In this document: positions 50,319-62,800 of the stretch, piece after piece
Layout of the letters: each line of letters starts with the position of its first letter
Position numbering within the stretch: the first letter of the stretch is position 1
Made by a program: the position numbers and the translations under genes
The notes under the pieces: generated by a model
The model's input: the letters and a program-made list of their open reading frames with translations, nothing else
The model's database searches: none
What the model was told of the DNA's origin: nothing
Assembly: GCA_965178125.1 (NCBI GenBank)
Contig: OZ237739.1
Span: 1,302,001 to 1,366,000, forward strand
Direction of reading: 5' to 3'
Origin: Bilabrum cf. latius
Lineage: Eukaryota
DNA: 64,000 nt

Positions 50319-50537
50319 CTGCGAGCAATGATTTCTTCGTTTGAAGGGTGGATGGAAAAATGAGCAATGAAATTGCACTGCACTGTAAGACTGCAGTCTG
50401 CAGCAGTTGCGGCCGAAAGTCCACCGTCATGGTCATGCTGTCATTGCGCAGCACCCATTGTTCGGTTATGCTTGACCTTCAATAAGATTTCAGATTCCAG
50501 ATTTCAGCAACGAGCCAAGAGCGCATTCCAAGCGCCA

Positions 50538-53183
50538 TCAGGGGGGCGGGGTGCGGCCACTGGCCGCTGTCCTGTGAGCCATCCTTGCGTTCATCATCGC
50601 AGCGTACTGCGAGCGACCGTCCGCGCCGCTCCCGTGCCGAGGCGTGCCCCCGGCCCTTGGCAGCGCCACGCCGCGCGAGGGAACAGGGGCCCGGCGCCCC
50701 CCTCGAGCATGACCCTTGGCTCCCCTCACAGACCCCTGCGCTCCCCTGCCGCTGCGCGAGCAATACCCCAGGCAGACCCCAACGCAGGAAGTCATTAGAT
50801 CAAGCAGGCCTGCCGCATGCCGCACCAGCCACTGCAGCGCTTGCAGCATCCAGCCGACCGCACCACCCACCACCGAGCCGCACAAGGCACGCCATACACC
50901 AACGCCCCGGCCCACACTAGTCCCACCCGCTGCACCTCCCCGCCCCTTGCCCTATCTATGGAACGGGATCAAAGCCCCGTCACCGCGCACCTCCTCCGCG
51001 AGGGCCCTAACCAGGAGCACCTGCAGACCTGCAAGCACCACAGCGACCGCCACGTAGCACGCCATCGAGGTGTCCAGAGACCACAGGTGGTCTTTGACCA
51101 CCTTTGTGTGGGTCGCCTGTCTCGTCGTCATGCGCAGCGCCTCGTTCCGCACCCCCTGCAGCACCTTGCCGGCGGCGCGGGCCGTCCCCTCCATCTGCTC
51201 CATGAGGGCTGCCAGGTCCTGTCCTGGGTTCGTGTCTAGGTCCAGCTCAGAGGAGGGAAGCGCGCCCTGGGCGCTGCCCATGCCCATGCCGCCACCGACA
51301 CGGCTGTTCCCTGACCACGTCAGGTCGTCGTGCGTGGGCTGGCCGCTCGCACCCTCCCCCTCACCCCCGCCCTCACCCTCTGACCCATCGGGGGACAGCA
51401 CCTCCCCCCTCCCAAGCAGCCTGTGTCTCCCCGCCATGGGGTCCCTCTGTCTGACCACCCTGAGGCCCACTGTAAGCACCGCTTGGTGCGCGGCTCCGTT
51501 GGTGAATCGCATGCGGTACCTGCCCCCAGGGAACAACTCGAAGGCGACGTCGTCCCCCGCCAGAGTGCTGACGTGGTACACGCGGTCGATTCCACTACCA
51601 CCACCGCCCCGTCCACTCGTCACATCCCCGATGATCTTGCTGGTGAGCTCCAGCCGCAGGTTGCCCTCGGCCAGGTCGCTGGGCGGAGGCAGCGGGGGAG
51701 GAGGAGCGGCGGCTGCCGACGAGGGGTCCACGTAGCCGGGTGCGCCGGGGCCCAGCATGGGGTCGGCTGCACCGGCACCGGCACGCCCTCCCGCGCCCAG
51801 CCCGCCTTCTCCACCATCCCCGCCTGTGCCCCTTTGTTCCCTGCCCTCGTCCTTGCCCCTGCCCTTGCCCCCGGATCGTCTCGCCCTGGCTAACCATTCC
51901 CTTGACCCCGCCGCCTGGAGCTCCTCGTCGTCCCAATCCACCCGGAATCCCAGCAGAGCCCACAGCTCCGGTGTTTCCGTGCCGTCAGCGCCAGCATCAT
52001 CATCGTCCTGTTCTTCCTGTCGATCTTCTCCTTTACCTCTTCCTTGATCTTGATCCACCCCTTCCTTTGCTTGCCCAGGATTCGATTGCGTCTGCTGCTG
52101 CTGCTGCTGCTGCTGCTGCGTATTCCTCTGCTCATCCATAGCCCTGGCCCTAGCCTTCAAGGCCCCGATGCTCTCTCCGATTGCAGGGCCGGTGGGGGCC
52201 TTCTTGCCGTTCAAGAACTTGGCCTCCCGAGCCTCCCTGTGCCTCCGCTCGACCTCGGCGGCGGCTGCATCCGCCAGCTCTGCCCTACTCAGCTTCTTGC
52301 TGCTCGGATCGCCGACAGCGGGCATGCTGGCGCTGGCGGTTGCAGACCCGGGCAGAGCTAGGTTGGCCTGGTTATCGTATTTCATCGCGTGTGCATCTTC
52401 CCCGGCGCTGAGCCGTCTCCTGCCCGGCCCCTGCCCCGGCCGCTGCCCCGGCCCTTGCCCCGGTGCCGCCGCAGAAGCAGCTCGTGCCGTCCTCGAGACA
52501 GCGCCCGCGCGGGCTGTAGTGTCGCGGTGCTGGTCGCTCGCCGCCGCCATGGCCCTTGCTCGGTCGAAGGCGTCTGCCGCGGGGGCGTCCTCGAAAAGAT
52601 CCACGTGCTCCCCTGGCTCAATCCGCATGGTCAGCACGCCCTCCAGCTCGGCCAGGACAGAGTGCCTGGCTCGGTGGCCGAGCGGAGGCGAGCCGCCGGA
52701 CTTGCCTGAGGGTCGTGCGGTGCCTGGCACCGAATCAGGGCTATCTAGCCCCGCCTCTTCTGGGGCAAGGGAATTCGATTCGGGCGCGTGGCTGCCTTCC
52801 GGCACTGCCTGGTCGGTCTATGCATCCACGGTGCCACTGCCGGTTCGTGTGCCGTGTGGTTGGGCGGCCGAGCCGGTCCAAAGGATATCATCGTCTTTCG
52901 CATGCTCCTCGCCGTTTTGTGAAGTGGCGTCGCCACCAGGAGCCTCTGAGGGCAAACCAGATGCCTCAGGCGGGATGCTACCATCGCCACTTGGACGCAT
53001 GCCTCTTACCTTGCTTGCTATTGAACCTGTCGCGAGCCTCCCGAGCCCCCCAAGGCCTGGCTGAATATCGACAGCAGACACATTTACGGATATCATCAGT
53101 AAGCATGAAATCATTACGGCCCGAGCCGCAGGAGCGAGCGCGCGGCCAGCCGCGATACACGAAGCATGTTGCCTAGCAGCCAT
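50538..53183 (-). CDS. p24/emp24 GOLD-domain-like membrane protein with long insertions, ~881 aa
   Basis: Signal-like VMISCLLMISVNVSA, GOLD-like strands LTMRIEPGEHVDLFE and GGRYRMRFTN, a coiled coil, then TM YVAVAVVLAGLQVLLVRAL. TAGs at 52818 and 50952. Ends TGA 50540-50538. Confidence 0.65.
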
Positions 53184-53390
53184 TACAGCTGCTAAAAGAC
53201 CGAGTCTGCAAAGTGAAGCCACTCAGCCAGCCGTAATTAGCAGTCAGGCGGCTTCTGCCAGGTACGTTAAGGTAAGTCTAAAGCGTGCTGGGCGCGCCGT
53301 TCGCTGTGTGCAACCGGTTCCGCAACTTGAAGTGGCGGCCTCAAGCCTCTATCGGCCGTGCAGGCCGTTGCATCCACACACACGCACAAG

Positions 53391-54000
53391 ATGGCTGCAT
53401 CTGGAGCCGGTACAGATGATAAATCAACTGGAGGGGGTGGTGACGCTGCGCAGGAACGAGAGGCCATGCAAAATATGAACTCCGGAGCTGCCGAAGTCGA
53501 AATTGATGAGGAGAAGGTTATGGGGGAATTGTAGGAGCTTTTGAAGGACGTCAACGCCGAAGAAGCAGAAAGATAGTTACTGTGAGCCAAACCAGTTGCG
53601 AAGCTTGTAGGCGCACTGTGTGCAGATTCCATGTGTGCAAATCAATGGACAACTCGATCGCAAACTCTCACCCCCCCACAGGGAAAAGGCACTGAAGGCT
53701 ATTAAGGTGTCAGATGCGGACGTTGAAACCGTATCGACTGAGTTTGAGATTAGCAAGCCGATTGCCCGCCGAAAAATCCGAGAAGCCGGCGGCAATGCAT
53801 CGGAAGCAATGCTGAGGCTCATGGGTGTGGCAGAGGATGACAAAGGAAAGGCGGTACTGGATCGCATGTAGCGCAGGCTGAAGCGATTGCAAGAGTTGAT
53901 GGCAGAAGCCAAGGAAAAGGGACTGGACGAAGCTGCCGCTATGGCTGAGGCTTCAAGGTTGTTGGCAGAGGAGGACAAGGCGGCGAGCTCAAAGCAGTAA
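53391..54000 (+). CDS. HYPK: HYPK-like (NAC-type UBA) protein, ~169 aa; intron 53582-53681
   Basis: EKALKAIKVSDADVETVSTEFEISKPIARRKIREAGGNASEAMLRL matches the HYPK UBA pattern. TAGs at 53532, 53574 and 53869. Ends TAA 53998. Confidence 0.8.
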
Positions 54001-54161
54001 TGCCGGCGATATTCGCGTGGTTCTAATTCCACATATACACGCAACAAATGAATGCTACACCTACCTCAGTGTCTGCGAGCGGGAGCTTGCCTTCCAAGTC
54101 AGGAAAGGCCCCTATCATCGCCCTCCCCGTCTCAAGCGTCCTGGCAAGGTGGCCGCTATGT

Positions 54162-55553
54162 TCAAGACTGGCTTTGCTGTACCCCGCTCTATCCGGCGGC
54201 AGAAGGCGCTTGAATCGTGGAGTCGCTCGTGGAGTCGCTCGATACGCCCGCTGTCGGGGGCCATCGCCGAGGCAGCTGATCCGCAGCCGTGCCAGTGGGA
54301 TACTCCCTGGAGGCACCTGCTCGTGCTGAGCCGAGCAGGGGCGCGCGTGCTCGCCCAGAGAACAACGGAGCAGCGGCCCTGCCGCCCCGCACAATCCGTG
54401 CAATTCCACGGCCTGAAGCCATACTTGTACAGCCAATGCTCATCCATCCAATGTCGTCGCCCGGAGCATCTGCCCCGTGCTCGCTTCTTCGGCCAACCTC
54501 CGCCCTCACCAGGCTGCTGGCACCAACAGCATCGCTTCCAAAGGCGAAGGCCTAGTTCCCCCGGAGCATGAGTCCTCTGGCCCCTGCAGATGTCCCCGAG
54601 GCGGGGACGGCGGCGACCCAAGCGTGCCCCGGGCCATGGAATTGCCCAGGGGTCAAAGTAATTGCAGTTGATTCTGTCTGCGAGTCTCCGAGCATCATGG
54701 CTTGGCGGGGAGCTGCACGGTGACCCCATGGCTGGTGCGCACTCTGCGTGGCACTACTAGTACCACCCGGGCTGCCACTTGCAGCTGACTTGGGTGTGCC
54801 GCCTTGCTCGATGCTGCCTGTAGCAGGTGAGCCTACGTCAATATTATCTCTCGCTCCAGGCGCACCGACAGTCAGACATTGGTTCTACTCTCCCGAGGGG
54901 CAGGCTGTGCCGTCCGAGGGCAACTCGTCTGCCTTTGCAAATGCAGCTCGAACCGCACACATCATCGTTTCACTTCGCACTGCGTGCCCAGTGTTGCCAA
55001 GTAGGACTGCCCCAGGGCTATCACCTGCCACAATCTCACGCGTACCAATTTTTCCTTGCGTGCGTTCTTCTTGCATACCGTATACAGACCACTGCCACGG
55101 TCTTACCGCCGCATAATTGGCACCAGCTGCATCAGGGTGCAGATACCCTGTACCGGGCACTACTGGCATCCCTGCCTTTGCTCGGCACTTAGATGCATCC
55201 AGCCCCGCTCGAAAGGCTTGTCTAGAACTTTTCGGTCGTATATCTTCCAATTCTCCGGGGCATGTCTTGCGCGAGCGAGTACATTGGGCCGAAGTGGCGC
55301 GAGGCATCATCCTCTGATGCTTCGGTTTTACGCAATGTATTGCCATTTGAGCGCCACTGACAGGAAAATTACTGCCTAAAATTTCTGTTGTATCCCCCAA
55401 ATGCCGCTGATAGTCACGGTGTGAGTCGGTAGCAGCTTGGGCTCGCGCAACCTCAACCAGATTGCTTGCGCCACGGCGTCGCCACGTCACTGCGTCGTTG
55501 ATGGGGGGCGATAGGGAGGGGACGGTGTTGCTTTGCAAATGAGACTGCATCAT
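54162..55553 (-). CDS. Hypothetical protein, tandem paralog of the 3' half of the 56525-59575 gene; 5' end unresolved
   Basis: A 464-codon frame broken only by 3 TAGs. It shares RPKSSxxAxRAGLxxSKxRxxxGxPxVPG and GASRExPTGTAADQLPRRWPPTAGVSS with its neighbour. Confidence 0.55.
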
Positions 55554-56524
55554 ATCATCATTGGTATTATAGTCCTTACAATTAGTCGCTTTGAATGCAA
55601 ACTCACTCGCCTATGACGCTCCTGCAGCGGTAGCATCAGCAACCATACGCGGTGTTGGCTCTGTCCACACAAACTTGTCGCAACCACCCTTGTCTGTGTT
55701 CCGCAATATATTAGCGACTAACATGTTTAGTTGATTTCGTGCATCTCTTGGTCCGATTTTTGTTCGTTAGTGCGTGTTTATGCAAAGAAAGCGAGGCGTG
55801 CTCAGCTCGGCAGTACTGTCTTCGTCTTCAATAATTGCAGCAGATGCGTCATCGTGTTTCTGGTCTTTCTCGGCTGTTTACCAGGCTGTCAGACGGTCAG
55901 TACCACTTGGCGGTCTCTTACAGTTTGGTCGCATTAATATTATCTCGCGCTTAGGATTAATTGTTCCCGATGAAATAAGGCAGCAACGCAGGACTCCGCT
56001 CTGCAAGTTCGAAGCCACTCTGCGACCATGTGCTCAGGCGTCATTGCGTGCTGCACCAGGCCTTTCGGTCAGTTCAGACTGATCAGCACAAGATTGGACT
56101 TGCTGGTGCAGGTACGGGCAGCTAGATTGCCTGGATTTGCTTTTGCTTTCGAAATGTGTGGCAGGAAACAGTGGCCCTCACATCGGATGTCCAGGAGCAA
56201 CCCACCGAAAGACGTCGACGGAGCACAGACGGATTATACATTATCTCCTCCTTCAGTAGTACAGCTGTATCGTAGACGTATGTCATTCATCGATTGCTGC
56301 GTTTGGCAGTGGCGGCCGCTCATAGCGTGAGCCCCGAAGCCTCGGGATTCCGACAAGGGTGAGCAGAGACCGTATGGGACAACGAGGCCTTGAAACTGGT
56401 ATCTTCTCAAATGCAGACAATAAAAAGTAGCCGGGGCTTCAGCATTCACTGGCATGCGAATCCCTAGCGTGGCCCCAAAGCAGGCCCCAGCGCGCAATGC
56501 TGCGGTGCCTAGCTGGCAGCGGGA

Positions 56525-59500
56525 TCAATCATCGGTCTCGCTCGATACGCCCGCTGTCGGGGGCCATCGCCGAGGCAGCTGATCCGCAGCCGTACCAGTG
56601 GGATGCTCCCTGGAGGCACCTACTCGAATCTCGCGTGCTCGCTCAGAGGGCGGCACGTCTGCTGCCCTGCCACCCCGCACAACCTGCGCCATCTCGGGTC
56701 CCGCCGGTCCGGTCGCATGCGACGCGCTCATCCAGGCCCCTGCCCCGTGCTCGCCTTCCGCGTCTTCAAACACGGCGCCCGGCACGTCCCGATCGGCGGC
56801 ATCAGCACCGCCTTCCTGCGCGCTTTGACCGGCAGTATCCCGCAAACCGGCTCCTTGCGCCTGTGTATTTGATGCAGTTGCACCCGTGCTGCGTTGGACA
56901 AGCTCGTGCTTGCCATGGAGGCCAGCGCGTCCATCAGCGCCACCAGCGCCGTCACCTGCTGCTCGGAGGGCTGCCACTCGCCGCCGGAGCACCTCTGCTC
57001 TGGCCATCGCGGCGTTAGGAACACTCTTTGCGAGTGTGGTATCATGCTGTGCTTGGTTGGTCGGGTGCAGCCCGTCTTGCTGTTGGTCCTGAGATCGAGG
57101 TCGCTCAATGCCCATTCCGCGATGAGCTATCACGGCGCTGCGGAGATGCTTTTTTCCTACATAATCTTCCCGCTCTTTGTCTGCATCATCAAAGGGGAGG
57201 CCCTCGTCCCATTCAGGCAGCAAGGCAGCTGCTGTGGGGCCCACAGGTTGGTGAGCATCTGGTCCACGAATCGCTGCCTGCCCCTCTGCCGCTGCAATCG
57301 CCGCGATTCCAGTATTCCGAGAGAGATCGACTCGCCCCGTGGCGTAGTCTGCGTACGTATCACGCACTTGAGCGCGATCGGGAGACCAGGGCGATGTCAT
57401 TGCAGCTCGCCATGCCCCCACGTGGCGCTGGCTCGGCCGGTTGCTGGCAGTCAACCTACGGCCGGGAACAAGTGGCAATCCTTCCTCCACTCGGCGCTTA
57501 GACGATTCCAGTCCAGCTCGGAGAGCTTCATCAGAGCTTTTTGGGCGGTTTTCTTTCCTGGAGTCCTCGGTTGGCTCCTGTGGGCGCGTCGGCAGCGCCG
57601 AGGTCGATCGAATGTGCCGGTGGTGCCGCCGGCTGCCGGCTGTTCTAATCGCCTACGCGGGTTCCGTCGGGCAACCAGCGGATCGAAGACTTTCGCTTAT
57701 TCCTTCCGAATCCGCTGCCGGGGGCTGCTTAGTGCCTGCTGGTGGTGCCGAGTGCCCAATGACAGCCTTCGGATCGCCACCGCCGACACCCGCTGCAAGG
57801 CCATATGATGAGCGGGTGAAGAGATCTTTCGTGTCAAATAGGCTATAACGCAAGCAGATTGACACTGCTACTGTTCACTCACACTGTTCGTCTAAATGCG
57901 TCGGACCGGTCGCCTGTGGCTTGTCGCCGGCGGCGTCCTCGATAGATGTCGCAAGCCGGCCGGGACCGTCTGGTAGTGCTGGCGCCACGGTATCGACTTT
58001 AGGTGTAGATGCTGCCACCCTGGCGTCACGTTTAGTCTTCTTTACAGCCGCACTTAATTCGCCGCTCGATGTATCCATGCCGACAGGATCAGCTTGACCC
58101 GCGGTCTCCTGTGTGCCAGGGCCACCTGCGAAAGGAGTGTTGCGCAACGGGTGACAACGGCCCATCTTGAAGAGATGCATCCGATCTAGACGGATGGCCT
58201 TGGGATCAGCTCCTGGCCCAATCCAAGAGACCAACTAAGGCCGCAAATCAAGCAAGCAGAGTGTCTCACGTTCGTCTGCAGCAGCCCGCCCAAGGTCAGG
58301 ACCGTTGCCTCTCTCATGGGGTCCAGACTCCTACTCCTGATCCTGATCCACGCCTCCATCACCTGCCTCCATGAGCAACTTGCCCTCTTCGTACTCTCGC
58401 CTGCGGATGAACGCGGGGGTTCCCAGGGGCGAAAACGCGCTCGACTCCTTCGATGGCAGCGGCTCACCCCTGTCTCTGGCTGCCTTGCGAGCCACTGCCT
58501 GCACCACCGCCAGCAGGCACGCGTCGGGGGACCGGCGAAACCGCTCCCGCAGCTGCGCAGGGCTGAGGGGCTTCACACCACGCTCTTGCCACTCCTTGGC
58601 TCCCTGCTCCTCAGGTGCATCGCACTGCTGTGCCTGCCTAGAGGCCGAGACAGAAGAGCCCATGCCTGGGAGAGTCCGCCCGTGCATCGAGCCGGCCTTG
58701 CTTGCATACGGCGAGAGGGGAGCTCGAGCAGAGGCGGGGGGACTAAACCGACGCTGTTGGCTGGTGTGTGTCATTGCCGGGCTGCGTGTAATGGCACCTC
58801 TGATATGGCGCTAGTAGGACTGGGTGGCGCCCCTCGGGGCAGGGTGCTTTGGCCCGGGCCCGGGGGGGCGGGCTGGGGACGGAGAGGGTGCAGATGATGC
58901 GGCCGGGCGCGGATCTAATTGTTCCTCGCTCTAATCAGCGTGTGCGGCGGCCCCGGACAGCTCCGCTGCCAGGTTGCGGGCCACGGCGTGCCCCAGGTGC
59001 TCGCCCGTCTCGCCCGCTGCAGCTCCGATTACAGGCTGCTTGCTCGACGGTCCTCCGGTGCTCAACCTTCCCCCCGCGGGGCTGTCCCGCGGCTGAGATG
59101 TACGCCTGAGCCTCGCATCAATGTATGGCGTCTTCGATTCCTCTGCCCTGTGCACGGCTTCCGCAACTGCAGTCGAGATGGCTGACGCCAGCCTTCCGTT
59201 GCGGCGCGGGGTTCTCGTCGAAGCAGCGCCGGTACTTTTTCGAGACATGCTGCCTGCTAAAAGACGCTCAACCTTACGTTCGGCCTCCTCCCGTGCCATC
59301 GGGTTGTTCGGGCTTACGCTGGCGAGAGCGCGGTGGACCTGCACAGAGGAAACGGCAACGCATAGCACACAAGCAGCAATTCAGCCGTCCGGAGTGAGTA
59401 AAGCACCTGCTGCCACTACTCATCTCACAAGTTCGCCCTTAGACAGCCTATACTCTTCTTCGTCATGCTAGTAACTGTTCCAGGCTGGCTTTGGTCGAGC

Positions 59501-59575
59501 TGCACGCGGACGCACCGACGTTCCAGCTTTCCGCTGCGAATGCCTCCTATGCTGCATCCGCTGCGATGGCTTCAT
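56525..59575 (-). CDS. Disordered protein with a possible SPICE1-like N-terminal motif, ~956 aa; introns 59428-59339 and 57882-57793
   Basis: The frame is continuous via 6 TAGs and two 90-nt GTGAG..TGCAG introns; the second removes an in-frame TGA. N-terminal KPAWNSYQHDEEEYRLSKGELVHRALASVSPNN loosely resembles SPICE1 (from memory). Confidence 0.6.
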
Positions 59576-59895
59576 CGCTTAAATATAGATATAGGCTCCA
59601 AATAAAGCAACCTTGCACCTTTCTACAGGAATGAAGCAAAATATGCGACTGAAAACCGAAACGAAAATTTGAATCCGTAACGGGGCTCAGGGCCGATTTC
59701 AAATCTTCATCTTTCAAATAAGCCACACGCAAACCCACCCCGGCAGCGCTTTGGGAGATGTTGGCGGGCCCTCTGTAACAAAATAAATTTAGGGGAATCG
59801 CTCAGTGAGCAATCATGTACCTGCCGCTCCCAGCGCCTGCACGCTCGCCAAAGGTATCTCTAGGCCTACTAGTAAAAGTAAGCGGAACTCGCACC

Positions 59896-62800
59896 TCACT
59901 CCCCCGCATAATGCTGCTCCTGCTTGGCCCTGTAAGCCTCGAGAGCCTGGGCGCGGAGCTGCCTGGCCGTGGCCTCCCCTGTCTGGTCCACCAGGGAGGC
60001 AAGCAGCCCGGGCGCGCACCCACTCGTCACACCCCGTCCGCCTCCCATGTTCCCGTCCCCATCCGCACCCGAGTCCACCTTCCCGTGCTCCCCCGCCAGA
60101 CCCAGCAGCTCGGCAGGGTGCCCGAACTCGGCCACCTCTCCGTCCTTCATCGCCAAAATGTAGTCCGAGTCCATCACGGTGCCCAGCCGGTGCGCCACGA
60201 TGAGCATGGTCGACCCCTTCAGATCGCTGCGGATGGCCCGCTGGATCACGGCGTCCTCCGCAGGGGACACTGAGGACGTGGCCTCATCCATCACGCACAC
60301 GCGGCTCTTGCGGAGAATCGCCCGAGCCAGGCACAGCAGCTGCCGCTCCCCCGCAGACCAGTTCCCCCCGCCGTCCTCCACCTCTGCGTCCAAACCGCCG
60401 CGCCCGGCCCCGGAACCACTCGCCACACCGACCGCACTCGTCACACCAGACCTCGTCACACCACCACCACCACCACCACCACCGCCGCCGCCCTGCCTCC
60501 TCACCGCATCCCCCAGGCCCACCCTGTCCAGCGCCTCCCACAGCTGCTCGTCCGAATACTCTCCGAACGGGGCCAAGTTGTACCTCACAGTGCCGCTGAA
60601 GAGCACCGGGTCCTGGGGAACAAGGCTCATGGAGCTCCTGAGCTTGCCCAGGGGCACGCCCGCCACGTCCACGCCGTCGATCTTGATGCAGCCTCCCGCG
60701 AAATCGATCATCCGGAACATGGCGAGCATCAGCGTGCTTTTGCCGCTACCCGTGCGGCCTACGATGCCCACCCTGCTGCCCGCCGGCACCTTGATGCTGA
60801 CGTCCTTGAGCACCAGGGGCAGACCCTCGCGGTACCGCGCGCTCAGCCCAGACAGCTCGACATGGCCCCGGAACGGCCAGCGCCGAAGCTCGCTGGGCCA
60901 TCGGGACCGGTCCCAGCCGGGCGCCAATCGAAGCAGGCTGGTGGGAACGCCCACTCGCGCCGCCCAGCCCCCCCGCTCCCCTTGTTGTTCCCTGGATCCC
61001 GCCGCCCCCTCGCTGCCCTCGTGCTCCGCCGCTGCCCCGATGGCCCGGTCCTCCGCCTCTGGACCCGCGGTCAGCTGCTCCCTGGGCACCCTCCCTATGT
61101 AGAAGAGCAGCCGCTCCACCGAGGTGAACAGGGCCTCTGCCTCGCTCGCCTGCCGCGTGGCGAACTGGAACACCCCCGCCGTCTGCAGCGCAAACACGAG
61201 AGCCAGGCCGGCGATGCCCCCGGACTCCGTGCCTCTCGAGAGGACAGCCACCAGAGCGGTGCTGAACACGATCAGCGTGGTCACTGTGTCGAGGCGGATC
61301 CCCACCCATCGGTTGCAGCCGTAGAACGACGTGTAGGCCCTGTCATTCGCATCGGACAGGGCAAGGAACCTCTCGAAGTATGCGTCCCCGGCCCCGAACG
61401 CACGCAGGGTGGAGATACCCTCAAGCGAGGTCTGCAGGAGAGACACGATCGGGGACCGACTGACACCATCCAGCCGCTTGAGGGCCCGCACGCTCCTCCT
61501 GAAATACTGCAGGATGGCGTAAAAGAGGTAGGCGATGGGCAGCGCGCCCACCAGAAACCAGGGCAGGAACACCGCAACGCTGACGATGGACAGGCCAACG
61601 AGAGACACAGTCTCCAGTGTGGTTTGCAGCACGGTGGGCAGGGTCTGGTCCACCAGATCCTAGTCCGAGGTGAACCTGTTGATGATCCTGCCCAGCGGAG
61701 TCCGGTCGAAAAAGCTCCTCGTGGCCTGGATGATGGATGCAAACACCTCGTCGTGCACATTGCGGGACGCCTCCAGAGACACCAGGGCGAAGGTGGCGCC
61801 GAACAGCAGGGACAGGGCGAAGACAGCCGAGCTGGCGATCACATACGTCGTCGTGAAACGGATCAAGTCGTCCTCCGCCAGCCCAGCCCGCGTCGTGACG
61901 TTGGCAGGCAGCCCGTCTTTTGCAGCCGCGGCCGATGCGTCCACCCACTCGCTTACCGAGAAATCCGCGACCACCCTAGAGCTTCTGCTGGCCAGCAGCA
62001 GCACCAGAATCAGCACGCCCAGCCAGCAGGAGCCCCCTGCCGCGAAGTACTTCCCGACTGTACTGCACGACACGCTGCCTTCTTTCCTGTCCTCTTCTGA
62101 GGTGAGCGTCCCGCTCGCTGGCTTACCAGTAGCCGCCGGCTTCTCGTCAGCCGACGGAGCGGCGGCCGCCTGGAGAACATCACTCTGACTGGAGCCTGCG
62201 GCAGAGGCGCCACCGTTGCTACTGGGCTGCGCGGACCCGCCCTGCCCGGCAATCTTGCTGGCCTCCTGGATGCCGACATCCACGTCGCTGGCTGCAGCTG
62301 TCGCCTGGGACGCGGCCGCCCCAACGTTCGCCTGCTGGTTGCCCGCCGCCGAGCTTTGCGCGTCATCTTCGCCGTCTTGCTTGCCGCTTGCCTCGTTCGG
62401 ACCATTGGTCTAGGCTTCCGATGCGGGTGGCGACGGAGAGGGCGAGGGCGACACGGAGCAGCCGTACATGCCCATGTCGACCCCCGCATCGCATAGCTGG
62501 GCAAAGCTGCCCGTGTGCTGCACCTCGCCCTGGGCCAGTATCACCACCTGGTCGCACTGGGGCAACCACTGGACCTGGTGGGTGACCAGCAGCACGGTCT
62601 TGCCCTGCTGCCGAAGCATCCCGTCGATGCACTGCTCCCACAGGTGCCGCCCCACGTGAGTGTCCACGGCGCTCAGGGGATCGTCCAGCAGCACAACGTC
62701 TGCGTTTGCGTACACCGCCCTGGCCAGCGTGATGCGTGCCTTTTGTCCCCCAGATGCGTTGAACCCCCTGGCGCCCAGCTCTGTCTGGTCCCCGTTCGGA

